NCBI RefSeq assembly: GCF_001458695.1
Contig: NZ_LN885086.1
Coordinates: 420,001-452,000 of the forward strand
Source: Candidatus Nitrospira inopinata
GTDB taxonomy: Bacteria > Nitrospirota > Nitrospiria > Nitrospirales > Nitrospiraceae
DNA length: 32,000 bases
Direction: 5' to 3'
Shown piece after piece: positions 1-9,048 of this stretch. The position numbers were made by a program, and so were the translations under genes. Each line of letters starts with the position of its first letter. Positions within the stretch are counted from its first letter, which is position 1. The notes under the pieces are model-generated. The model worked only from the letters and a program-made list of their open reading frames with translations. It searched no databases and was not told where the DNA came from.

Positions 1-124
1 AGCATGGATCTGTCATTGCCCGCATCCATTCCATCCAGACGACATTGCAGCGATGTTTGTTCGGTTCTATCCCCATACCGCTCATAGGGGGTGGAATGGT
101 GCTTTTTCCCATGGAGGGACTCCT

Positions 125-2020
125 ATGACACCACGTGGACTTATGATTGGCCTTGTGGCCAGTGTTCTGGTACTGAGCAGCGTCGTGTTCTCTCAAGTTG
201 TGATTCAAGTTCCCCACCCGGATGATCCGCCGCCCCCTCCATCGCTCAAAACCATCCCGATCCCGGAACCGGCGAATCTGGGGGAGTTCGTGCGCGATCG
301 GGAAGCGGCGATTCGGCTGGGCAAGGCGCTGTTCTGGGACATGCAGGTCGGCAGTGATGGCGTGACCGCCTGTGGGAGTTGCCACTTTACATCCGGCATG
401 TCAGATAACAGAAGCCGGAACTCCCTGTCTCCTGGTCTCAAACGCATCACGCGGACTGGCCAGCCCAATCCGGATACCACGTTTTATAACAACCTGGGAC
501 CAGTCGGTGAAGTGACGTCCACGGACTATCCCTTTTTCCCCCGCAGCAATGACGTCCTGTCGTCTCAGGGTGTTCGTCGCTCCGTGTTCGTCGGTGTGGG
601 GCTGGGACCGGCCGACATCACCAGAGCGGAGCCAGACCCGAACGGCTTCCGAGTCGGGTCGGTCAACACACGCTGTGTTGAGCCCCGCAATACTCCAACC
701 GTCATCAATGCCGTGTTCAATCACCGACAATTTTGGGATGGTCGGGCGGATAACGTATTCAATGGGGTCAATAGCCTGGGAGATCGAGATCCGAACGCCC
801 GTGTCTATCGGGCCGATGACCCAAACAGACCGATCCCCGTTCAAGTCCGACTCGAAGACTCAAGCCTCGCTTCGCAAGCCGTAAGTCCGCCGGTCGATCC
901 CTGTGAAATGTCCGCCGTGGGCCGGACCATGCGGGACATCGGAAAAAAGTTTGCTCGCTGGGCTCCGCCAGGCCAGCCGGTCTTTAATCTCCGGCCGCTG
1001 GCCCTCCAACAGGTCCATCCGCAAGACAGTGTGCTCGGTCCCTTGAGCCGCTGGCCGCAGAAAGGGCTTGCCGTGCCCGATTACGCCACCTTGATCCGCC
1101 AAGCCTTTCACCGGCAGTGGTGGGACTCACCGAAAATTTTGCGTGTCGCGCCCGATGGGACTACCACAGTCGTCGATCCGCCGGCCAGCGGAGGTCTCCA
1201 TGCCAATGAGTTTTCGCTGATGCAATACAATTTTGCTCTCTTCTTCGGACTGGCCATCCAACTTTACGAAGCCACCCTCGTAGCGGACGACACGCCGTTT
1301 GACCGATTCATGGAGGGCGACTCCACGGCGTTAAGCCCCCAAGCCCAGTTTGGGCTTAACCTCTTCAAGAGCCAATTGCGGGGACAGTGCATCACCTGCC
1401 ATGAAGGGGCGGAATTGACCGGCGCGTCGGTGCGCCAAGTGAGGGCCAGCCCCATTCGGATTCGCGAAGGCCAAGCCATGGACCGTGGGTTCAATGCAAT
1501 TGGCGTCCTCCCCACACTCCAAGATTTAGGGTTGGGCGCGCGGGATGAATTGGGCAACTGGTTATCCATGGCCAAACGGCTGATCCCACCTCCGCCAGAA
1601 CCGATCGTCGTTGACGGGGCGTTCAAAGTCCCGGGGCTGCGCAACGTCGAGCTGACCGCTCCCTATTTCCACAACGGTGGACACCGGACCCTTCGCGATG
1701 TCGTCGATTTCTATAGTCGAGGTGGCGACTCCCACACCGGCATGGTCACGCTCGATGGAACGGAAATCGTCACCCTCGAAGTCTTCACGTTCACCGAGGA
1801 TGAAATGCAAGCCCTGGAAGCCTTTCTCCGCTCCCTCACCGATGAACGGGTCCGGTACAAACGGGCGCCGTTTGACCATCCGCAAATCTTCATTCCCAAC
1901 GGGGTCGGCCAACCGGTCGGCTTCATGCCCGGCGATCGGTTCGTGGAGATTCCGGCAGTCGGTCGCTATGGTGGAGCGCCGACCCGTCCATTTCTCGAAC
2001 CGGCAAACGGGGCGAGTTAA
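125..2020 (+). CDS. Secreted di-haem cytochrome c peroxidase / MauG-family protein
   Basis: The ORF runs 53..2020. I place the start at ATG 125 because GGAGG lies 7 nt upstream and it gives a signal peptide (MTPRGLMIGLVASVLVLSSVVFS). There are two CxxCH haem motifs (CGSCH, CITCH) and a CCP/MauG-type block, PGLRNVELTAPYFHNGG. Confidence 0.8.
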   Translation: MTPRGLMIGLVASVLVLSSVVFSQVVIQVPHPDDPPPPPSLKTIPIPEPANLGEFVRDREAAIRLGKALFWDMQVGSDGVTACGSCHFTSGMSDNRSRNSLSPGLKRITRTGQPNPDTTFYNNLGPVGEVTSTDYPFFPRSNDVLSSQGVRRSVFVGVGLGPADITRAEPDPNGFRVGSVNTRCVEPRNTPTVINAVFNHRQFWDGRADNVFNGVNSLGDRDPNARVYRADDPNRPIPVQVRLEDSSLASQAVSPPVDPCEMSAVGRTMRDIGKKFARWAPPGQPVFNLRPLALQQVHPQDSVLGPLSRWPQKGLAVPDYATLIRQAFHRQWWDSPKILRVAPDGTTTVVDPPASGGLHANEFSLMQYNFALFFGLAIQLYEATLVADDTPFDRFMEGDSTALSPQAQFGLNLFKSQLRGQCITCHEGAELTGASVRQVRASPIRIREGQAMDRGFNAIGVLPTLQDLGLGARDELGNWLSMAKRLIPPPPEPIVVDGAFKVPGLRNVELTAPYFHNGGHRTLRDVVDFYSRGGDSHTGMVTLDGTEIVTLEVFTFTEDEMQALEAFLRSLTDERVRYKRAPFDHPQIFIPNGVGQPVGFMPGDRFVEIPAVGRYGGAPTRPFLEPANGAS

Positions 2021-2054
2021 TCGAGCTCGCGAGTTCGTCGAGTTCAATTGTCAG

Positions 2055-2081
2055 GCCGCCGCCGGCCTGCCCGGCGGCGGC
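2055..2081 (+). terminator. GC-rich hairpin downstream of the peroxidase gene (putative terminator, no U-tract)
   Basis: Perfect 11-bp stem gccgccgccgg / ccggcggcggc (2055-2065 with 2071-2081) and loop cctgc, 35 nt after the stop at 2020. No T-run follows, so intrinsic termination is uncertain. Confidence 0.4.
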
Positions 2082-2244
2082 ATCCAAACCAGCCACTCAC
2101 CCCTCACAAATTCCGTCTCACCTGGTGCATCAGTCGGCACCCATCGCTAGCTCGGATCTTTTCCTCCCTGCTAAAAGGAGACGCTGAATAGGGCCAACAG
2201 GCCGAAGCATCATAGAGTCACTTATTCCTAGAGAGGGACCGATC

Positions 2245-3018
2245 ATGCGACAGCGTCTGGCGCAACTGACAATAGGTTTTTCCGTACTCCTGGGTCTCGG
2301 TGCGGGCAGCGTGTCGTCTCTCCATGCCGCCACGATCACGCTCGATGGAACGATTCATCGAACCACCGGTGGCACCACCTTCGATATCTGGCGGATCAAC
2401 ATGGTGTCCGCCGGATCCTTCATCGTGGACGTGCTCGCCTATGAAGCCTCGCAGAGCAATACCACGGCGGCCGGCTATGTTGCCACCGACCTTAACGGTG
2501 ACGGCGAACTCACCTGGCTGGATGCCGATACCTACTTTTACCGTGACACCGGCGGACCGATTCTCGCAGCCGATGCTCTGGTCCGGGCGGATGATATCAA
2601 CAACAACACACCGGTTTATTACAACGGACTCACTGCAGCGACCAGCCCGGTCACACTGGTGAGTCTCTCGCAAGCTGAAGGCGCGGCGGATGGATCGATT
2701 CACTTTCGGCGTGATCCCGCGTTCGTCGTGACGATGCAGCCGGGCCAGTATCTCTATCTGATCGCCGATTACAGACTGGACCCCACGGAGGCTCAAGCAG
2801 GCATCAACACTAACGATAACTTCTCCCCTCCAACCGGGTTCGTGAATCCCATCACCACCCATGCGGATTACCGCCTGACCCTGAGAAGCGACGACTTCCT
2901 CTTTCTAGTCAGCGGTGACACCATCACGATCACGCCGGTCCCCCTCCCCGCCGCCGCCTGGCTGTTCGGGAGCGGACTGGCGGCGATGATCGGCATGGCG
3001 CGAAGGAAGATCAGATAA
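2245..3018 (+). CDS. Secreted protein with C-terminal VPLPA-CTERM sorting tail
   Basis: N-terminal signal peptide (…LGLGAGSVSSLHA|ATI). The C-terminus is VPLPAAAWLFGSGLAAMIGMARRKIR: a VPLPA motif, a hydrophobic helix and a basic cluster, the PEP-CTERM-like architecture of the VPLPA-CTERM variant. The body has no family I recognise. Confidence 0.8.
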   Translation: MRQRLAQLTIGFSVLLGLGAGSVSSLHAATITLDGTIHRTTGGTTFDIWRINMVSAGSFIVDVLAYEASQSNTTAAGYVATDLNGDGELTWLDADTYFYRDTGGPILAADALVRADDINNNTPVYYNGLTAATSPVTLVSLSQAEGAADGSIHFRRDPAFVVTMQPGQYLYLIADYRLDPTEAQAGINTNDNFSPPTGFVNPITTHADYRLTLRSDDFLFLVSGDTITITPVPLPAAAWLFGSGLAAMIGMARRKIR

Positions 3019-3347
3019 CGCACCTCTAGGAGTCACCTGGGCTTTGGGATGAAGCTCCGGAATGAAGGTGAAAGAGGACTCCCCATGGCTCAACTACAGT
3101 GGCTTGTAACGCTGCAACGAGGCCCCCCATACCACTCCAGCTGGAACACCGTTGCAGGCATTGCTTATGCGCATCAATCAGCTCTGCCTGGGGGTAATTC
3201 ACCTGTGAAGAGAATGAGTCTCGAAGTTTTGTTGAAATCGGTGCGAGAAGGTTTGGCGAATGGTGTTTGACACATCCACCATGCACGTATGACACCGTCA
3301 CGCCATCATGAACCTAGGAATAATAAGAAGAAAAAGGAGCAACCACC

Positions 3348-4223
3348 ATGCGACAACTGATAACTATGGCTTTCGCCGGTGCCCTCGGGCTTTCGCTTGT
3401 GAGCGCGGGCCCGGCCTTGGCCAACACAGTCTACATCGGCGATCCGACGACCGGCGGGGTGCGCTATCACCTCTGGTACCAATTTGATAATCCCGGAACC
3501 CTGTCAGCCAGAACCGGGCAGGCCTTGCCTATCAATACCAATCCCGACAATCAACATGTCGACGCCGGAAGCAACGGCCTGGTGGATACCATCGCATCAA
3601 AATCGCATTACGATCAGATCCGCCTCGGCGGCGATGCCACCAATCCTATTGAACCAGGGATTTATGGTTGGACCCACACCTCCCGCTGGGCTCTGATCGA
3701 CCTCAACCCTTTGTATGCCAATGGCCACACCGTAGTTGATGTCAACATCGCCCTCGGCCGCTACGATGACGGCACGGCGGGCCGAGAAGACTTGATCCCT
3801 GGCCTGACCGTGTGGCTAGGGAAAGAAGACTTGGGCAACTGGTCTCACACCTATGTGAACGGCATTAACTCCACTAACTGGGGAGCCTGGAACGGCGATC
3901 CTCCCTGCGCCCCGGCCGGAACCTGTTCGTATTTCCCCACCTTGGCGCAGGCCGGACTTGCCGGCCATGTCTGGGCCGATGGCGATGACCACACCAGCCC
4001 GACTGGCACGGCGTCCGTCTTTATTAATGACCTGGTGCTGGGGCCCGGTGGCAACAATTATCTGACCGTTGTCTTGGGCGGCCGCGCCGACTTGGCCTCC
4101 ACTGGCGCCGCCAAGAACTTCATCGCGTCAGTCTCCGTGGTGCCGTTGCCCGCCGCCGCTTGGCTGTTCGGGGCCGGCTTGGTCGGCTTGGCCGGCATAG
4201 CTCGCCGCCGCATGGGCGCGTAA
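3348..4223 (+). CDS. Secreted protein with C-terminal VPLPA-CTERM sorting tail
   Basis: AAGGAG RBS upstream of ATG 3348. Signal peptide (…LVSAGPALA|NTV). The C-terminus is VPLPAAAWLFGAGLVGLAGIARRRMGA. The tail resembles that of the preceding gene; the mature domains are unrelated by eye. Confidence 0.8.
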   Translation: MRQLITMAFAGALGLSLVSAGPALANTVYIGDPTTGGVRYHLWYQFDNPGTLSARTGQALPINTNPDNQHVDAGSNGLVDTIASKSHYDQIRLGGDATNPIEPGIYGWTHTSRWALIDLNPLYANGHTVVDVNIALGRYDDGTAGREDLIPGLTVWLGKEDLGNWSHTYVNGINSTNWGAWNGDPPCAPAGTCSYFPTLAQAGLAGHVWADGDDHTSPTGTASVFINDLVLGPGGNNYLTVVLGGRADLASTGAAKNFIASVSVVPLPAAAWLFGAGLVGLAGIARRRMGA

Positions 4224-4262
4224 CCTTCACTGCCGTTGTGTTCAAAGTGATCGGGCCGGATC

Positions 4263-6155
4263 GTGACCGGTCCGGCCCGGTCGCTCGCCTCTTTCTTGCT
4301 CAGTCAACGCCCCTGTCATATTGCTCAGCTTTCCTTCACACCCGGACTCCTGTACAGTGCATGTGTGATTGGCCTTGCACTTCGATTCCTGCTGACCATT
4401 ACCCTCGGCTTCATGAGCGTCTGGGCACCCCTTGCTCATGCCACGCTTGAGCCACAGCATGTCGTCATTCTTGCCAATGCCGCCAGCGCCGACAGTCTGG
4501 CCGTGGCGCGGCACTATGCCGCGCGGCGTAACATTCCCGAGGACCATATCATTGCCCTTGCCCTTCCCCTTCGTGAATCCTTGAGCCGGCGCGACTACGA
4601 AGAACTGGTCGTCGCCCCGCTGCGTCGCTCTTTGGAAGAGCGCCGCCTGGCCTCGTCGATCCGGGTCATTGTCACGACCTACGGTATTCCCCTTCGTGTG
4701 AATGCCCCTGAGTTGTCCGACGAGGAACGCCGCTTGCTCGCTGACGCCCAGAGCCGCGTCAAGGCAAGCAAGGCACGGCTGGAGCAGCTCCACTCCGAAT
4801 TGGCAAAATTAGCCGCCTTGGACTCACCCCCTCCACCGCCTTCCACCGGGCAAGTCGTCCTTGAGGCAGCAAAAGCGGCCCTGCTCCTCTCGCAGATCGA
4901 CAACTCGTGGCGCACCGCTCTTGAGCGCGTCCGCCATCAAGGGGGGACCGAGGCCGGGCAAAAAGCGATTGCCGAGTTTCTGCAATTGACACAGCAATAT
5001 GGGGGATGGGCGATGTTGCTCCCACGGCGCCTCGGTCCTCAACAGCCTCCTCCTATCCCTGAGCCGCCTCAAGCATCGGCCTGGCGCACGCTCCTGGAAC
5101 GCACGATTCCTCTCTGGACCGGCCTCCCCCATCGCCCGCTTCCGGCTGATCGCCAGCTGATCTATCGCTGGGCCGAGCGGTTGTTCGGGGTGCGGGGAGT
5201 CCTTGAACTGGCAAGCGCCGAGGTGGACCTCCTCACCGCCGGCCATGCCGACGCCAGTTTCGACAGTGAATTGAGTCTCCTGTGGTGGGACCCGGGGCTC
5301 TACTCGGTTGCCTGGCGATGGAACAGTCCCCTCTTCGAGGATGCCGTTCCTCGGCCGGATGACCCGCCCATTCTCATGGTCAGCCGGCTGGACGCTCCTA
5401 CGGTCGAACTGACCAAAGGCCTCGTGGACAAAGCACTGGATGCGGAGCGTTTCGGACTGCGAGGCACCGTGTATTTCGACGCGCGTGGGTTGCAACCGGA
5501 CGGCCCGACGGATACCTATGGCGTGTATGACCACAGTTTGCGGGAAGCCGCCACATTGGTCAAAGACCTGTCCGCGTATCACGTGGTGCTAGACCAGGCT
5601 GAACCGACCATGGCGTCTATGCCAAATGTGGCGCTCTACATCGGCTGGTATCGGTTGCGATCGTACGAGGACGTCTTTTCGTTTAATCCGGGCGCGATCG
5701 GCTACCACATGGCGTCGGCCGAAGCAGTGACCATTCACGATCCCAATGAACGGGGCTGGTGCAAAAACGCCTTGGGGCGGGGGATTACCGCGACGTTGGG
5801 ATCGGTCGGAGAACCTTATTTGGATGCTTTTCCAGAACCGGCCCGTTTTACGAGGTTGCTCTTGTCCGGCAAGTACCCGCTGGTCGAGGTTTATTACCTG
5901 ACCAGTCGTTACGTGAGTTGGCGCATGGTGCTGTTCGGCGATCCGTTATACAAGCCGCCGGTGGATCAACCACGGCCATCTGCCGCTCGCTCGCTTCGTT
6001 TGCCGGTTGCTCCATCAGAGCGGCCAATGGGCCATCCTCCCACTCTCTTAGAACAAAGCCGCCGCGCTTACCTGCAACGGTTGGAAACCCTGGTCTCGAT
6101 TCTCCAGCGGATCGAGACGGAGCGACCTGAGACGGAGGGGCCAGGAAGTCCGTAA
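4263..6155 (+). CDS. TIGR03790-family protein (function unknown), probably exported
   Basis: Blocks I recall as typical of this family: HVVILANAASADSLAVARHYAARRNIPEDHII, ASFDSELSLLWW, MVSRLDAPT, YIGWYRLRSY, TLGSVGEPYL, LFGDPLYKPP. The start is uncertain. GTG 4263, GTG 4365 and ATG 4413 are all in frame. GTG 4365 would give a signal peptide ending AHA|T. Confidence 0.7.
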   Translation: MTGPARSLASFLLSQRPCHIAQLSFTPGLLYSACVIGLALRFLLTITLGFMSVWAPLAHATLEPQHVVILANAASADSLAVARHYAARRNIPEDHIIALALPLRESLSRRDYEELVVAPLRRSLEERRLASSIRVIVTTYGIPLRVNAPELSDEERRLLADAQSRVKASKARLEQLHSELAKLAALDSPPPPPSTGQVVLEAAKAALLLSQIDNSWRTALERVRHQGGTEAGQKAIAEFLQLTQQYGGWAMLLPRRLGPQQPPPIPEPPQASAWRTLLERTIPLWTGLPHRPLPADRQLIYRWAERLFGVRGVLELASAEVDLLTAGHADASFDSELSLLWWDPGLYSVAWRWNSPLFEDAVPRPDDPPILMVSRLDAPTVELTKGLVDKALDAERFGLRGTVYFDARGLQPDGPTDTYGVYDHSLREAATLVKDLSAYHVVLDQAEPTMASMPNVALYIGWYRLRSYEDVFSFNPGAIGYHMASAEAVTIHDPNERGWCKNALGRGITATLGSVGEPYLDAFPEPARFTRLLLSGKYPLVEVYYLTSRYVSWRMVLFGDPLYKPPVDQPRPSAARSLRLPVAPSERPMGHPPTLLEQSRRAYLQRLETLVSILQRIETERPETEGPGSP

Positions 6156-6159
6156 CACG

Positions 6160-7323
6160 TCAGCCCGATCCTACGCCAGATCGTCCAAGCAGACTTCCGA
6201 CCGCTTCTTTTACGTCATCGACCGATATTTCTCTCATGCAGAGATTGTCGTGGGGACAGACTTCCACAAAACAGGTATGACATTGAACCCGCCGTTCAAG
6301 AACGATATGCCGACCATCCGGATGCCAACTGCCATAGATATCCCGCGCCGCCATGAGCGTTACACATTTCGTTCCCACCATAGCAGCAATATGCTGAAGC
6401 CCCGAATCAACGCAGACAATTGCTCGACAACAGCGAAGGACGGCCCCGCCTGGGGAATTGTTGTTAGGCCAGCTAGATTCGTTACCTGGCTTCCAGTTTC
6501 TTGCGCGATCTCCCCACAGAGGGCAACTTCAGCTTTTCCACCAAGGAGAATGGGGTACATTCCTTGTTGATCAAGGTACCGTATTATTTCAACCCAACGG
6601 TCTCTGAACCAACGATTAGTAGGACGTAGTAGGACGTTTGGCTCCAGGCGCCACGGCGACGAGGGGCCGGCCGGTGGCACGAGCCCCCGCCAGCAGTCGT
6701 TCCGCTTCCTTGGTCTCCTCCGGCCCGCTCCAGATTGTGGGAGCGCAATCTCTCACAACAATCCCTTCATCACGAAGGATGCCCCGCAACCGCTGGACTT
6801 CGTTGGGGTGTCGGAGTTGCTCTGATTGCAACGGACGCCACAGCCGAACACGGCTCTGCCACTACTCTCTTCCGTACCCTGTCCCAGCACAACGTGCGAA
6901 CACCATATCGCGCAGATTTCTCCCCAGAGCGGCGTCGCCAATGGGAAGCTCCACCCATAGATCGATCTTTCTTGCCCGCAGGCCTTTAATCAGGCTCCAC
7001 AGAGGTCACGGTCGTTTCATATCGCTTGGCGCATACACGACGATGTCATCGATCCAGTCTTCTCCACCCAGCACTTCTCGCGCGCCAGGGAGCGTCAGGG
7101 TGCCCGGACTGGTGAGTACCATGAGCTTGGCCGACGGCCATGTTTGCCGGATGGCCCACAGAGCAGGGATCGCGCAGACTGTATCACCCACGTTGCCGAC
7201 GCGAGAGACGCAGATCTGCTCTGGGAGCTTGCACGGACGTCGCGGCCACGGCAGCAAACGTGCCCGCGCAACAAGTGGTTCGAGGTTTTGAGCACGAAGT
7301 TGATCACGACTCGTCGAAGGCAA
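6160..7323 (-). pseudogene. Glycosyltransferase family 9 (heptosyltransferase-like) pseudogene with four disabling lesions
   Basis: Reading 7323->6160 gives a collinear GT9-like protein: ICVSRVGNVGDTVCAIPALWAIRQTWP, LIKGLRARKIDLWV, HPNEVQRLRGILRDEGI, VAPGAKRPT/NRWFRDRWVEII, GGKAE…NLAGLTTIPQ, CVDSGLQHIAAMVGTKCVTL and a C-terminal CHTCF…CPHDNLCM block. It is interrupted by an in-frame TGA (7006-7008), an in-frame TAG (6862-6864), a 10-bp tandem duplication (6617-6637) and a 1-nt frame loss near 6441-6465. Confidence 0.8.
6617..6637. repeat. Perfect 10-bp tandem duplication (period-10 identity over 21 nt) that frameshifts the GT9 gene
   Basis: tagtaggacg tagtaggacg t. Removing one unit from the minus-strand reading turns …APGAKRPTTSY* into …APGAKRPTNRWFRDRWV…, which restores the GT9 frame. 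Confidence 0.9.
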
Positions 7324-8006
7324 TCCATTCTCTCACAACCCGGTGATTACGATAGTCCCCCCTCCTCGTGCCTCCTCATGATCCTGTGGAACGCTTACTC
7401 TGCGAGTTCCTTCGGCGTCTGTCTCTTCCCCTCCGTCGTTCACCCACTTAACCTTTGCTTTTCCATTTTTTCCTGAACAAACACAGGACAGCTTCTGAAA
7501 AAGGCGTCCTCTTGAGAAAGACGTCTTGAATATGGATTGAGCACTTGCTGGTTAGATCAGTGCGTGAGGGTCGCGATCGCTCTCCACTCCCTTGGCGCTC
7601 GTATGGTGGTTGTCACAGAGAGGGAGCACGGCCCTGTTAGCGGCGCCACGGTTCTTTTGAAGTGAGAGTTTCCCCCTTACCCTTTGGAGTGACCACTTGT
7701 GGCGAGAAGTACAACTTAGCCGAAGGAGCGACCTCTTCAGGCAAAGGAAGGAGCGTGAGAGACGGGGATTCTCTTCTGCTTATACCAATTTGACCCCTTC
7801 TTCGGTCTTGGCCCATCATCTTTTGCTAACACCGGCAGGAAGTTTTGATAGCTTCTCTTGAGAGCTCAGAATAGGAGAGCCCAAGAATACCCCCGTCATC
7901 TCCTCTCCCTGTTTATGTCCTTGCTCTCTCCTTGCTTTGAGCGGAGCGTTCCCCTTTGCAAGGAGAAGGCTGGCGACCCCTACGTTGCCCCGCATTCCTC
8001 CTGCGG

Positions 8007-8492
8007 CTACTTAATCAGCAGGAGCACGCCACCGGGATCGTTCGGATTTAAGTGGTCTCGATAGGTTAACGTGAGCCCTTGGGCCGCATAGGTCAGATCG
8101 CTGGTAGGAATTCCAATATACTTGGTTTCACCTGGCTTCAATACCAGTTGCATCTTCAATGCGGTTGGAGCATCGGAATGGGCACTTTCTTCCATTTGAA
8201 AGCCTCGCTCTGTATTCGAATTGTTTGAGACTTTAATCAAGACCGGTCTGCCCGGCCGTACCCGAAAGTCAATCACCGTGGCCGGTGGATACCAGGTTTT
8301 CACCGAACCGATCTCGACCGCGATCAATCGCACATCGACGACGAGTTCCTTGAACGGTTGGCCTACAACAGAGCCGGTCTCAAAATCGCCGACTTCAACG
8401 CCGCCCGCCTGGAGAGCAAACAACGGTTCCTCTGCAAAGATTCCTCCAGCAATGCACGCCAGAATCAAAAGCCCGACGACCGTCTGCCGCAT
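8007..8492 (-). CDS. Small secreted protein, unknown function
   Basis: The ORF runs 8007..8621. I start at ATG 8492 (MRQTVVGLLILACIAGGIFA…) because AGGAA lies about 10 nt upstream, it gives a signal peptide, and the upstream gene stops at 8524. The beta-rich body shows no motif I can name. Confidence 0.6.
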   Translation of the reverse strand: MRQTVVGLLILACIAGGIFAEEPLFALQAGGVEVGDFETGSVVGQPFKELVVDVRLIAVEIGSVKTWYPPATVIDFRVRPGRPVLIKVSNNSNTERGFQMEESAHSDAPTALKMQLVLKPGETKYIGIPTSDLTYAAQGLTLTYRDHLNPNDPGGVLLLIK

Positions 8493-8523
8493 GATTGTTT
8501 GTTTCCTTTCGATCCGCATGAGG

Positions 8524-8868
8524 TTATAAGTCCGTCGCGGGATGATGTTCCCCCGAGGATGAACAGGCGGGCAGACCTTCTTCTTCCAACACGTGCCCGC
8601 TGACGACCGTCTGTCCGTCAAGCTGGAACAAGGCCTTCAGTCGCCTTGTATGCTCGGAAAATTTTCCCTTGGCCTCGGCCGTCACCTCTCGCATACCATC
8701 GGCGTTGGCGACATCACGCTCAATGGTCACCTGATAAAAATCAAACCCTTCGAACACTTTATTGAACACCTGTGCGCGTAACAGCGCCTCCAGGGGCAGC
8801 TCCTCAGCACGAGCAGAGGCTGTCACAGCACAGAGCAACATCGCCATCAGCAGAGACGGTCTTCGCAT
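8524..8868 (-). CDS. Small secreted protein, unknown function
   Basis: GAGGAGG RBS just upstream of ATG 8868. Signal peptide MRRPSLLMAMLLCAVTASARA|EE. It lies 31 nt upstream of the next minus-strand gene, so they are probably co-transcribed. Confidence 0.6.
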   Translation of the reverse strand: MRRPSLLMAMLLCAVTASARAEELPLEALLRAQVFNKVFEGFDFYQVTIERDVANADGMREVTAEAKGKFSEHTRRLKALFQLDGQTVVSGHVLEEEGLPACSSSGEHHPATDL

Positions 8869-9048
8869 AGTTCCTCCTCATGAAGAATGGGGTTATGGAG
8901 AACTGACATCGCCCTCGGCCGTTTGTTGCCTCGCCGGTTTCCACGCTATGGTTCATGTGAGTCCCTGACTCATCTCAACCGAGCACGCCCCCCTCCTGCG
9001 CATCTCTCCGATAAGCAAGTCGCCTCCGTGCCAACCGTCCAGCGGGAC

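Noticed and set aside
3267-3293. TTGACA … TATGAC promoter-like pair upstream of the second VPLPA-CTERM gene
   Set aside because: The spacer is only 15 nt and the -10 is poor, so this is not strong enough to call without transcript-start data.
7006-7008. In-frame TGA in the GT9 gene as selenocysteine or programmed readthrough
   Set aside because: The same gene also carries an in-frame TAG and two frameshifts. GT9 enzymes have no known Sec site there, and I saw no SECIS-like hairpin. Pseudogenisation is the simpler explanation.
7361-7380. Imperfect tandem 10-mers or 9-mers: cctcctcgtg/cctcctcatg (7361-7380), ggatctaaac/ggatctaatc (9739-9758) and tattacgga/tattacgaa (14361-14378)
   Set aside because: Each pair has one mismatch. 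A rough estimate gives about one such 9/10 or 8/9 tandem match by chance in 32 kb, so they are not evidence of duplication or of a binding site on their own.
7496-7527. Hairpin aaggcgtc…gacgtctt next to an A/T run, considered as a minus-strand terminator
   Set aside because: On the minus strand the stem contains an A-C mismatch, leaving only 4+3 bp. On the plus strand the G-U wobble pairs, but no T-run follows. The hairpin also lies about 480 nt from the nearest upstream stop.
7637-8064. Small ORFs 7637..7819 (-) and 7858..8064 (+) in the non-coding gap
   Set aside because: They have no Shine-Dalgarno sequence. One starts with TTG, one overlaps the 3' end of the 8007 gene, and the translations are low-complexity.
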